This document shows, piece by piece, positions 1 through 9,012 of a stretch of 64,000 nucleotides of DNA. The notes below the pieces were generated by a model. The model was given only the letters and a program-made list of their open reading frames with translations, made no database searches and was not told the origin of the DNA. Position 1 is the first letter of the stretch. Every line of letters begins with the position of its first letter. This DNA comes from Gemmatimonadota bacterium (GTDB lineage: Bacteria > Gemmatimonadota > Gemmatimonadetes > Longimicrobiales > RSA9): NCBI GenBank assembly GCA_040905425.1, contig JBBDRO010000032.1, positions 93,730-157,729 of the forward strand, read 5' to 3'. Made by a program: the position numbers and the translations under genes.

Positions 1-25
1 GATCACGGGCTGCTCCCTCACTTGA

Positions 26-40
26 TGAGAATGAGTCTCA
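26..40. promoter_or_regulatory. Fur/PerR-like 7-1-7 inverted repeat (TGAGAAT-G-AGTCTCA)
   Basis: AT-rich 7-1-7 palindrome with one mismatch, in intergenic DNA of a GC-rich genome. Resembles the Fur-family box. Its target gene would lie beyond the left edge. Confidence 0.4.
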
Positions 41-90
41 ATCGAAGCTTAACGGGGCCGGCCCGAGTACGCAACGGGGGAGGAGTGCCT

Positions 91-136
91 CGCGGGCCGG
101 GCTGGCTACCAGGCGCGGGCCGGGCTGGCTACCAGG
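91..136. repeat. Perfect 23-bp tandem duplication
   Basis: CGCGGGCCGGGCTGGCTACCAGG occurs at 91-113 and 114-136, spanning the stop codon of the 129-845 gene. Confidence 0.85.
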
Positions 137-845
137 CGATCCAGCGGTCGATGGCACGCAGCGCCGCCAGTGCCCCTGCCTCCTCGATCGAGCGGACGGG
201 TTCCACCGCCACCAAGCCCGACAGGGTGGCCACGCGGCGGCCGGCCGCCGCCTCCACGGAGAGCGCCACGTGCCGCCTGCCGAAGAGTTCCACCGTGGTG
301 GCCCCCTCGAGCCCGAAGGCCATGCCCTCCACGGCGGCGCTGGCCGCGTCGAGGGCCGCGCGCGCGCCGGCCCGCGCGCGCCCCGGCTCGGAGTCCAGTT
401 CCTCACCGCTGCCCTCGAAAAGCGCCTCGCCGCGCCGCAGACGGACCGTGCAGGTGACGCGTGGACCGGAGCGGACTACGGACAGATCCGAGAGGACCAG
501 GTAGCGGCTACGCACAGCGGCCGGCCTGCCGTTCGAGCCGGGTGGCTCGGGGCGCGGGGGCCTGGCGGATGCGGATCGCGTCGCCTCCGCCGATGCGGAG
601 ACCACACGGATGGCTTCGGGCGCGAAGTCGTAGCCGCCGTGTCTCAGGACGTGGCCCGCGGCGTTGGTCAGGATGGCGTGCGCCGCCCCCGCGGCGGCGC
701 GGATGCGGAGTTCCGTGACCTCCCGCGCCCCACCCAGGACAACGGTGGCGTCCCGCACGCCGGGCAGCGCCTCCACCTCGCGCGCCAGACGGTGGGCGGC
801 CGCGTGGCGATCCTCCTCCGGCGGAGCGGGGGTGTCACGGCTCAT
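129..845 (-). CDS. Hypothetical protein, paralog of 842-1516
   Basis: ATG overlaps the upstream TGA (ATGA at 842-845). Shares 'CTVRLRRGE..F.GSG' and 'ATLSGL...RS.EEA..LAAL.A..RW' with its neighbour. Confidence 0.7.
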   Translation of the reverse strand: MSRDTPAPPEEDRHAAAHRLAREVEALPGVRDATVVLGGAREVTELRIRAAAGAAHAILTNAAGHVLRHGGYDFAPEAIRVVSASAEATRSASARPPRPEPPGSNGRPAAVRSRYLVLSDLSVVRSGPRVTCTVRLRRGEALFEGSGEELDSEPGRARAGARAALDAASAAVEGMAFGLEGATTVELFGRRHVALSVEAAAGRRVATLSGLVAVEPVRSIEEAGALAALRAIDRWIAW

Positions 846-1516
846 GCGTCCGTGCCCGTCCAGCGATTGCACGCCTGCAGGGCGGCCAGGATGGCCGCCT
901 CCTCCGGGGAGCGGGAAAGTTCGGCCACCCCCGTGAGGGTGGCGCTGTCGCGGCCCTCAAGCGCCAGGGCGGACACCATCACCCAGGTGCGGCCACCCGC
1001 CTCCACCAGCGCCGCTCCCTCCAGGCCCACGTCGTCATTGTCACGCGCGGCGGCCAGCGCGGCGAACACCGCCCGCGCCGCGGCCTGCGCACGGCCGCTC
1101 GGCGTGCCGGGGCCGGCGCCGGAGCCACCGAAGCGGGTCTCGCCGCGCCGCAGCGTCACCTGGCACGTGCAGTCGGCGTTGGGCTGGCTGCGCGCGTCGT
1201 AGGTCTCGAAGACCAGCCGTTCGCGGACGCGCGGCGTGTGCTCGGCGGGCTCCTCCGGACCGGGCAGGCGGCCCAGGCGGCTCTGCGCCACGCTGATGAT
1301 GCGGCGGTCCACCGTTTCGTCGAGTCCGGCGCTCAGGGCGGACTCGATGTTCCGCACCACCTGCTTTGGATGGAGGTGCGCCGCGGCCAGCACGTGGATC
1401 TCCCGCAGCTGTTGCAGCCCGTCGACCAGCACGCGCACCGAAAGGACGCCGTGCAGCGCTCGAATGAGGCGCTCGGCTTCGGGGTACGGCCGAAGTGGTG
1501 AGGTGTCGATCTGCAT
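842..1516 (-). CDS. Conserved hypothetical protein (EIHVLA...PKQVVRNIESAL...VDRRIISVAQ motif)
   Basis: GGGAGA RBS before ATG 1516. Protein-like composition. Tandem paralog downstream. Confidence 0.75.
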   Translation of the reverse strand: MQIDTSPLRPYPEAERLIRALHGVLSVRVLVDGLQQLREIHVLAAAHLHPKQVVRNIESALSAGLDETVDRRIISVAQSRLGRLPGPEEPAEHTPRVRERLVFETYDARSQPNADCTCQVTLRRGETRFGGSGAGPGTPSGRAQAAARAVFAALAAARDNDDVGLEGAALVEAGGRTWVMVSALALEGRDSATLTGVAELSRSPEEAAILAALQACNRWTGTDA

Positions 1517-1652
1517 AGGTCTCCCGGATGGGATCCAAGGTAGCACGGCCGTGGCTGGCGCGCACCGGGGATCCATCTAACTTTGCTCCGGGTCAGGGCG
1601 CCGGCCAGAGCGGTCGGGTGCTCCCGGTATGAAGGTGCTGTGCGGAGGCAAC

Positions 1653-2687
1653 ATGGCGGAGACGAAGCGAGAGACGCTGGTGATCATCGGATCGGGACCG
1701 GCGGCCTGGACGGCGGCCATTTACGGTGCCCGCGCGAGCCTGAATCCGGTGGTCTACGAGGGCGAGCCGAGCCGGGAGATGATCCCGGGCGGCCAGCTCA
1801 TGTACACCACGGAGGTGGAGAACTACCCCGGCTTTCCGGATGGCGTCACCGGCGCAGAGATGATGGACGCGTTCAAGCGGCAGGCGGTGCGCTTCGAAAC
1901 CCGGGTGGTGTCGGAGAACATCACGGCCGTGGACTTCTCCCGGCACCCCTTCGTGCTGACACCCAGCTACGGCGAGCCGTTCGAGGCGCTCACCGTGGTG
2001 GTGGCCACGGGCGCCCGGGCGCGCTGGCTGGGCGTGCCCAACGAGGAGCGCCTGGCGCAGAGTGGGGGCGGCGTGTCGGCGTGCGCCGTGTGCGACGGCG
2101 CGTTGCCGGCCTTCCGCGACAAGGTTCTGGCGGTCGTCGGCGGCGGGGACAGCGCCATGGAGGAGTCCCTCTACCTCACCAAGTTCGCCAGCGAGGTGGT
2201 GCTCATCCACCGGCGCGAGGAGTTCCGCGCTTCCCAGATCATGGCGGACCGCGTGCTCAACCACCCCAAGATCAGGGTGCTGTGGAATACCGTGGTCACG
2301 GAGGTGGTGGGCTACGACTATGTGGAGGGGATCAAGGTGGAAAACGTGGTCACGGAGGAGAAGGACGAACTTCCCGTCGGGGGCTTCTTCGTGGCCATCG
2401 GCCACCAGCCCAATACGGCGTTCCTGGGCCATGCGCTGGCGCTCACCGAGCACGGCTACGTACAGACGCCGCACGCGTGGCGCACCTGCACGAGCGTGGA
2501 CGGGGTCTTCGCCGCCGGTGACGCGATGGACGACTACTATCGCCAGGCGGTGACGGCGGCGGGAACGGGCTGCATGGCGGCGCTGGAGGCGGAGCGCTGG
2601 CTCGCGCACCACGGGCTCGGCGAGTCGTCCGTGCTGGAAACGGCCGAGGCACCGGTGGACGAGCAGGCTACGCGGCCGCAGGGGTAG
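1653..2687 (+). CDS. trxB: Thioredoxin-disulfide reductase
   Basis: IIGSGPAA FAD motif, GGQLMYTTEVENYPGF, CAVC active site, VVGGGDSAMEE NADPH motif, YRQAVTAAGTGC. GGAGG RBS. Confidence 0.95.
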   Translation: MAETKRETLVIIGSGPAAWTAAIYGARASLNPVVYEGEPSREMIPGGQLMYTTEVENYPGFPDGVTGAEMMDAFKRQAVRFETRVVSENITAVDFSRHPFVLTPSYGEPFEALTVVVATGARARWLGVPNEERLAQSGGGVSACAVCDGALPAFRDKVLAVVGGGDSAMEESLYLTKFASEVVLIHRREEFRASQIMADRVLNHPKIRVLWNTVVTEVVGYDYVEGIKVENVVTEEKDELPVGGFFVAIGHQPNTAFLGHALALTEHGYVQTPHAWRTCTSVDGVFAAGDAMDDYYRQAVTAAGTGCMAALEAERWLAHHGLGESSVLETAEAPVDEQATRPQG

Positions 2688-2718
2688 CCGCGCGCCGGAC
2701 GTGGACGGGCGTCGTCGC

Positions 2719-4776
2719 TTAAAAGATCCGGCGCAGGCCTTGTACGATGCGGTTGAAGAGCCCGTCGGACCCGTGCAGCGGGCAGTATTCGGTGGGCTCG
2801 GTGCCGGGCAGGAAGTACTCCACGCGCAGATCCTGCGGCGGGCAGGCGTCCGTGGCCAGGCCACCCGTGACCGCGTCGATGGGAGCGCTCACGAGCCCCG
2901 CCGGTGGCTGCCAGGGCCCTGGTGCCGGACGCTCGGCATAGGCGGCTTTCATGATCTCGGTCCAGACCGGCGCGGCCAGGGTGCCGCCGTAGGCGGTGGG
3001 CAGGATGGTCTTCGGCGTGTCGAAACCGAGCCACACCGCACCGGCCAGCTCCGGAGTCATGCCCACGAACCAGACGTCCCGGGCATCATTGGTGGTGCCC
3101 GTCTTGCCGGCGGCCGGGAGCCAGAAGCCCTCTTTGCGTACCACGGTGGCCGTGCCGCGGTCGACCACGTCCTCCATCAGGCTCACCGTGAGAAACGCCA
3201 CGCCGGCATCCACCGCGGCGGCCTCGGCCGCGGGTGCCTGCCAGAGGATGCGGCCCCGGTTGTCTTCCACGCGCGTGATGAGGGTGGGCCGTACCCGGTT
3301 GCCGCCATTGCCCAGGGTGGCGTACGCCGCCACCAGTTCGGCGGCGCTCACCTCCGCGGAGCCCAGGAAGATGGACGGGTAATCGGGGATGGGCGTGGTG
3401 ATGCCCAGGGCGCGTGCCATGCGGATGACACGGTCCGTGCCCGCCCACTGACCCACCCGCACGGCGCCATTGTTGGAGGAGAGCGCCAGGGCGCTGCGCA
3501 CCGTGAGCGATTTCACCGTGTCGGGGGCCAGGTCCTCGGGCCGCCAGGTGCCCTGCGTGCCCACCACGCTGACCGGACCCGTCTCGATGCGGGCGCTGGC
3601 CGGCAGGCCCGCCTCCAGCGCCGCCGCGTAGACGATCGGCTTGAAGGCGGAGCCCGGCTGGCGGCGCGCCTGCAGCGCGCGATCGTAGGAGGAGTGCGTG
3701 AAATCGCGCCCGCCCACCAGGGCACGCACCGCACCGGTGCGCGTGTCCACGATGATCGCCGTGCCCTGCAGGTAGGGCGAGCCGCTGCCCTCGGCGGGCG
3801 CCAGGGCGCCCTCGGGGCGGGCATGCGGATAGCTGCCGAAGCCACCGTTCTCCACGCGCTCGATCTGGGCCACGAGTGCGGCGTGCGCGGCACGCTGGAT
3901 GAGTGGGTCGATCCCGGTGAAGACCCGGAGGCCCTGGACGTCGGCGTCCGTACCGAAACGCTCGCGCAACTCCTCGCGCACGGCGGCGACCACGTAGGGT
4001 GCGGAGCCGCCCGCCTCCCGCGGCGGCGCCAGGTCGAGCGGCGCCTCCGCGGCCGTACGGCGCTCCTCCTCGGTGATGAGGCCTTCGCGCGTCATGACGC
4101 TCAGCACCACGTTGCGCCGCTGAATGGCGCGCATGGGGTGCTTGCGGGGATTGTAGCCCTCGGGGCTCTTCACCAGGCCCACGAGCAGCGCTGACTGGGG
4201 GAGCGTGAGCTGGCGCGCGCTGCGTCGGAAATAACCCTGCGCCGCTTCCTCCACGCCATAGAGGCCATCCCCCATGTAGACCTGGTTGATATAGCGCTCC
4301 AGGATCTGGCGCTTGCTGAACCGCCGCTCGATGGCGCCGGCCAGCTGGACCTCACACATCTTCCGGCGCAGCTTCTTGGCGCGGGGCAGTTCCTCCGGGA
4401 AGACGTTGCGGGCAAGCTGCATGGTGATGGTGCTGAAGCCTTCCGCAAAGGAAAGGCTCTTCAGGTTGGCCACCACGGCGCGTGGCACGGCGCGGTAGTC
4501 CACGCCGCCGTGCTGGAAGAAGCGGCGGTCTTCCACGGCCACGAAGCCGCCCGAGACCGCGCGCGGCACCTCGTCCAGCTCCACCACGATGCGGCGGTAG
4601 GGCGAGAGGTCGGCCAGGCGCGAGCCGTCCAGGGCCAGGATGCGCGTGGCCTCCGGCGGGCGATACGTGGCAAAGCGGGAGACGGGAGGACAGTCGCGGG
4701 TCCCGACCTCCCCGCCGCCACAGGCGGAGAGGGTCAGGGCCAGCAGCCCGGCCGTCATCGGCGTCCTGATTCTCAT
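2719..4776 (-). CDS. Class A penicillin-binding protein (PBP1A family)
   Basis: Transglycosylase motifs EDRRFFQHGGVD, GFSTITMQLARN and RKxxE. Transpeptidase motifs SAFK, SNN and KTG. N-terminal lipobox-like LSAC. Confidence 0.93.
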   Translation of the reverse strand: MRIRTPMTAGLLALTLSACGGGEVGTRDCPPVSRFATYRPPEATRILALDGSRLADLSPYRRIVVELDEVPRAVSGGFVAVEDRRFFQHGGVDYRAVPRAVVANLKSLSFAEGFSTITMQLARNVFPEELPRAKKLRRKMCEVQLAGAIERRFSKRQILERYINQVYMGDGLYGVEEAAQGYFRRSARQLTLPQSALLVGLVKSPEGYNPRKHPMRAIQRRNVVLSVMTREGLITEEERRTAAEAPLDLAPPREAGGSAPYVVAAVREELRERFGTDADVQGLRVFTGIDPLIQRAAHAALVAQIERVENGGFGSYPHARPEGALAPAEGSGSPYLQGTAIIVDTRTGAVRALVGGRDFTHSSYDRALQARRQPGSAFKPIVYAAALEAGLPASARIETGPVSVVGTQGTWRPEDLAPDTVKSLTVRSALALSSNNGAVRVGQWAGTDRVIRMARALGITTPIPDYPSIFLGSAEVSAAELVAAYATLGNGGNRVRPTLITRVEDNRGRILWQAPAAEAAAVDAGVAFLTVSLMEDVVDRGTATVVRKEGFWLPAAGKTGTTNDARDVWFVGMTPELAGAVWLGFDTPKTILPTAYGGTLAAPVWTEIMKAAYAERPAPGPWQPPAGLVSAPIDAVTGGLATDACPPQDLRVEYFLPGTEPTEYCPLHGSDGLFNRIVQGLRRIF

Positions 4777-4792
4777 ACGCGGTGGTACACCG

Positions 4793-5521
4793 TTAGAGCA
4801 GCATCCTTCCACCGTCCAGCACGAGCGTCTGACCGGTGGTGAAATCGCCCCGCAGAAGGTAGAGCAGCGCGTCCGCCGCATCCTGGGGCCGTCCTGCGCG
4901 CGCGGTTACCCGGCGTTCCCGGCCACCGGCGTTGTCCGTGCCGTCCCAGTCGGGGGGCGGCAGTACCGTACCCGGCGCGATGGCGTTGACCCGGATGGTG
5001 GGGGCCAGCGCTCGCGCCAGCACCTTCGTGAGATGCACGAGGCCGGCCTTGGCCACGGCGTGATGCGCGAAGGCCGGCCACGCCTGAAAAGCGGACAGGT
5101 CCACGATGTTGACGATGGCGCCACCCCCCTCCCGGAGATAGGGCACGGCGGCCTGGCTGAGCAGGAAGGGAGCGCGCAGGTTCAGCCCCATCACCCGGTC
5201 CCAGTCGGCGGCGCTGATCTCCTCCACCGGCGCCGACTCGAAGAGGCTGGCGCTGTTCACCAGCACGTCCAGGCCGCCGAGTGCCGCGGTGGCTTCCTCG
5301 ATGAGGGGGTCGCAGGCCCCGGCCTGGCTCAGGTCCGCCTGGATGGGGATGGCGCGGATGCCCAGTTCGTTGGCGTCGGCGGCGGTCGATTGAGCGGCGT
5401 CGTGCGACGCGTTGTAATGTACCGCCACGTCCATCCCCGCCTCGGCCAGCGCCAGGACGAACGCGCGGCCCAGGCGGTGGGCGCCGCCGGTGACGAGCGC
5501 CGCGCGACCTGCCAACTCCAT
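4793..5521 (-). CDS. SDR oxidoreductase, pteridine reductase/FolM-like
   Basis: TGGAHRLG, VAVHYN, LVNSAS, VNIVD and RVNAIAPG motifs. The catalytic Y of YxxxK is replaced (HAVAK). Confidence 0.8.
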   Translation of the reverse strand: MELAGRAALVTGGAHRLGRAFVLALAEAGMDVAVHYNASHDAAQSTAADANELGIRAIPIQADLSQAGACDPLIEEATAALGGLDVLVNSASLFESAPVEEISAADWDRVMGLNLRAPFLLSQAAVPYLREGGGAIVNIVDLSAFQAWPAFAHHAVAKAGLVHLTKVLARALAPTIRVNAIAPGTVLPPPDWDGTDNAGGRERRVTARAGRPQDAADALLYLLRGDFTTGQTLVLDGGRMLL

Positions 5522-5610
5522 CGATGCCTCGCTGGTGAACGGGGAGAACGAGCCGGTGGAACACTAGTAGCGGTATGGCGGCGCAGCAATCACATAACCG
5601 GAGGAGGAGC

Positions 5611-6339
5611 ATGAAGGACATACGAGGCAAGGCCGCCATCGTCACCGGAGGCACCCGGGGCATCGGGCGCGCCATCGCGCTTGATCTGCTGCGCGCGGGG
5701 CTGGACGTTGTGGTGGCCGCCCGCACGATCGCGCACGTGGAGGAGGTGCCCGCCCGCCTGATGGAGGAAGCGGGGCAGGGCGGGGGTCGGGCGCTGGGTG
5801 TGCGCGCGGACGTCTCCAGCAGGGCGGATTGCGAGCGCTTGGTGGCGGAGGCGGTGGACGCCTTCGGCCGGCTCGACGTGCTGGTCAACAACGCCGGCAT
5901 CGGCCGCTTTGCCCCTGTGGCCGAGATGGATCCCGCCGACTGGGACGCGGTGCAGGGCACGAACGTGGACTCGCTCTTCTACATGACGCACGCGGCGCTG
6001 CCCCATCTGCAGCAGGCGGGCGGTTCGTGGATCATCAACATCGGCTCACTGGCCGGCAAGAACGCCTTTCCCGGGGGCGCGGCCTACAATGCCAGCAAGT
6101 TCGCGCTCATCGGCTTCAGTGAGGCGCTGATGCAGGAGGTGCGGCATGACGGCGTGCGCGTCAGCTACATCATGCCCGGCAGCGTGGCCACGGATTTTGC
6201 CCATCCGGAAGCGGGGGCGGATGACTGGAAGATCCAGCCGGAGGACGTGGCCGCGCTGGTCATGGACCTCCTGGCCATGCCGCAGCGTACGCTGCCCAGC
6301 CGCATCGAGGTGCGGCCGTCGGCGCCGCCGAAGAAGTAG
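5611..6339 (+). CDS. SDR oxidoreductase
   Basis: TGGTRGIG, NNAG and YNASK motifs. GGAGGAGG RBS. Confidence 0.9.
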   Translation: MKDIRGKAAIVTGGTRGIGRAIALDLLRAGLDVVVAARTIAHVEEVPARLMEEAGQGGGRALGVRADVSSRADCERLVAEAVDAFGRLDVLVNNAGIGRFAPVAEMDPADWDAVQGTNVDSLFYMTHAALPHLQQAGGSWIINIGSLAGKNAFPGGAAYNASKFALIGFSEALMQEVRHDGVRVSYIMPGSVATDFAHPEAGADDWKIQPEDVAALVMDLLAMPQRTLPSRIEVRPSAPPKK

Positions 6340-6354
6340 GAGGCGGAGGCACCC

Positions 6355-7353
6355 GTGAGCGCCGTGACTCCACAGGTCACCATCATCATCCCGTGCTACA
6401 ATTACGGCCGCTACGTGGGGGAGGCGGTGGCGAGCGCCCTGGCACAGGATGCGGCGCCGCCGTTCGAGGTGGTCGTGGTGGACGATGGATCGACCGATGA
6501 AACCGAGGAAGTGCTGGCGGGGTTTACGGACCCCCGCCTGCGGGTCATCAGGCATCCATCCAACCGGGGTCTACTTCGTACCCTCGAAACGGCGCTCGGC
6601 GCGGCCGGCGGCACGTTCGTGGCCCGCCTGGATGCGGATGATCGCCTGCGCCCGCATTTCCTGCGTACCACCGTGCCCTGCTTTGCCGGGCACCCCCGGA
6701 CAGGTGTGGTCTGGGGTGACGTGGCCCTCATGGACCAGCGAGGGGGCGTCACCTTCCCGCGGGCCGCCGGTCCGCATGGCCGCGAGGCCTTCGTGGGCAA
6801 CGAATTCCTGCGCCTGCTCGAGCGTAACGTGGTGCCGGTGCCGGGCATGATCGCCCGCCGTGAATGCTGGCTCGAGCTGTTGCCGATCCCACCGGTGGAT
6901 TTTGTGGATGACTGGTACTTCACGCTGAACATGGCCCGCCGGTGGGATTTCCATTATCTGCCCCGGGTGCTGGCCGACTATCGCGTGCATGGCGCCAATC
7001 AACACACGAGCGCCGCCCGCACGGGACGTGAGGAAGAAGCCGTGCGGGCCATTCTGGACGCCGTGTTCGCGGTTCAGGAAGCGGACCCGGAACTGGACGA
7101 GGCCAAGCGAGCATCACGCCGGATGGTGTACGCCGGGCACGCCGTTCAAGCCGGCGAGAAGTACTTCGGCTTCGACGACTTCGGGAGCGCGCGCCGCTGC
7201 TATCTGCGGGCGCTGCGACTGGACCCGTCCTCCGTGCTGCGCGGTCCCGTGTTGAGACACCTGGCGGGAACGCTGTTGGGCCAGCGCGGCTACGCCGCCG
7301 TGAAGGCGGCTGCCAGGCGCATGTCGAGGAAGCATGGGGAGGCCGGCCGCTGA
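6355..7353 (+). CDS. Glycosyltransferase family 2
   Basis: IIIPCYNYG, VVDDGSTD and LDADD (DxD) motifs. Confidence 0.9.
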   Translation: MSAVTPQVTIIIPCYNYGRYVGEAVASALAQDAAPPFEVVVVDDGSTDETEEVLAGFTDPRLRVIRHPSNRGLLRTLETALGAAGGTFVARLDADDRLRPHFLRTTVPCFAGHPRTGVVWGDVALMDQRGGVTFPRAAGPHGREAFVGNEFLRLLERNVVPVPGMIARRECWLELLPIPPVDFVDDWYFTLNMARRWDFHYLPRVLADYRVHGANQHTSAARTGREEEAVRAILDAVFAVQEADPELDEAKRASRRMVYAGHAVQAGEKYFGFDDFGSARRCYLRALRLDPSSVLRGPVLRHLAGTLLGQRGYAAVKAAARRMSRKHGEAGR

Positions 7354-7442
7354 GCCGCGGGGCTCGCGCGCGCCACGCTCCGCCCCCATCATGGATCACC
7401 CAACCGAACGAACGATCCGGCCGCGTGCCGGAAGGAGATTTC

Positions 7443-8840
7443 ATGGGCACGGACGAGACCCGCACCGAAAAGGATTCCCTGGGTGAGATGCGCGTCCCCG
7501 CCGACGCGCTCTGGGGCGCGCAGACGCAGCGCGCCGTGGAGAACTTCCCCATCAGCGAGCTACGTTTCCCGCGCGCCTTCATCGCCGCGCTGGGCGCCAT
7601 CAAGCGCGCCGCCGCGGAGACCAACGCCGATCTCGGCCTGCTGGACGAGGACATTGCCCGCCACATCGCGGCCGCCGCGGCCGAGGTGGCCGCCGGTGAC
7701 CATGACGGCCACTTCGTGGTGGACATCTTCCAGACGGGCAGTGGCACGTCCACCAACATGAACGCCAACGAGGTCATTGCCCGGCGCGCCAGCCAGCTCG
7801 GCCAGGGGGACGGCCGCAGCGTCCACCCCAACGACCACGTGAACGCCGGGCAGTCCTCCAACGACGTGATCCCCACCGCCATGCAGGTGGCCGCCTGCGT
7901 GGCCATCCGGGAGCGGCTGCTGCCCGGCCTCGAGCACCTCGAACGCGCCCTGGAGGACAAGGCGCGCCAGTTCGACCACGTGGTCAAGTCCGGTCGGACG
8001 CACCTGATGGACGCCACGCCGGTGCGCCTGGGCCAGGAGTTCGGCGGTTTTGCCGCCCAGGTGCGGCAGAGCCGCCGGCGCCTGGAGGAGGCGTTGGCCG
8101 ACCTGGCCGAGTTGCCGCTGGGCGGCACGGCCGTGGGGACCGGCATCAACACGCACCCGGAGTTCGCCGAGCGCGCCATCGCGCGGCTCAGCGCCGCCAC
8201 CGGGATGGAGTTCCGCGAGGCCGCGGATCACTTCGAGCGCCAGGCCACCCGTGACACCGTGGTCTACGCGCACGGCGCGCTGAACACGCTGGCCGTCTCC
8301 CTCTTCAAGATTGCCAACGACATCCGCTGGCTCGGGAGCGGTCCGCGCGCCGGCCTCTTCGAGATCTCCCTGCCCGCCATCCAGCCGGGCTCCAGCATCA
8401 TGCCCGGCAAGGTGAATCCGGTGATCCCCGAGGCCGTGACCATGGTGGCGGCGCAGGTCATGGGCAATCACACCACCATCACCGTGGGCGGTCTGGGCAG
8501 CTTCTTCGAACTGAACGTCATGATGCCGGGCATGACGCACGCGCTGCTGCAGTCCATCGAGTTAATGGCCGCCGTGGCGCCGGTCTTCGCCGCCAAGTGC
8601 ATTGCCGGCATCACGGTGAACGAGGAGCGCTGCCGCGAGCTGCTCGAGGGCAACCTCTCGCTGGCCACGGCGCTGGCGCCGCACATCGGCTATGACGAGG
8701 CCGCGGCCATTGCCAAGCAGGCGTTCAAGGAGGGCAAGACCGCGCGCCAGGTGGCCCAGGAGCGTGCTTCACTGCCGGACGAGGAGCTGGACCGCATGCT
8801 CGACGCCCGCGGCATGACGGAGCCCGGCATACCCGGGTAA
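7443..8840 (+). CDS. fumC: Class II fumarate hydratase
   Basis: TGSGTSTNMNANE, GRTHLMDATP and the GSSIMPGKVNP signature. Confidence 0.93.
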   Translation: MGTDETRTEKDSLGEMRVPADALWGAQTQRAVENFPISELRFPRAFIAALGAIKRAAAETNADLGLLDEDIARHIAAAAAEVAAGDHDGHFVVDIFQTGSGTSTNMNANEVIARRASQLGQGDGRSVHPNDHVNAGQSSNDVIPTAMQVAACVAIRERLLPGLEHLERALEDKARQFDHVVKSGRTHLMDATPVRLGQEFGGFAAQVRQSRRRLEEALADLAELPLGGTAVGTGINTHPEFAERAIARLSAATGMEFREAADHFERQATRDTVVYAHGALNTLAVSLFKIANDIRWLGSGPRAGLFEISLPAIQPGSSIMPGKVNPVIPEAVTMVAAQVMGNHTTITVGGLGSFFELNVMMPGMTHALLQSIELMAAVAPVFAAKCIAGITVNEERCRELLEGNLSLATALAPHIGYDEAAAIAKQAFKEGKTARQVAQERASLPDEELDRMLDARGMTEPGIPG

Positions 8841-8954
8841 GCGACGTTCGCTCGTCCACCCGCCGCCCGCCGGTCCGGGCACCCCGGCGGCGGCCGCGTT
8901 CGTGAGGCCGCCCGGGGGGCGGCCCCGGGGCGCGGACGGACGGGCCCGGCAAGG

Positions 8955-8990
8955 ATGACGCCCGCCCCGGTGATCGGGAGCGGGCGTCGT
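8955..8990. terminator. Hairpin between convergent fumC and symporter genes
   Basis: ATGACGCCCGC-CCCG...CGGG-A-GCGGGCGTCGT inverted repeat. Weak U-tract. Confidence 0.45.
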
Positions 8991-9012
8991 CGCTTGGATC
9001 CTACGAAGCGGT

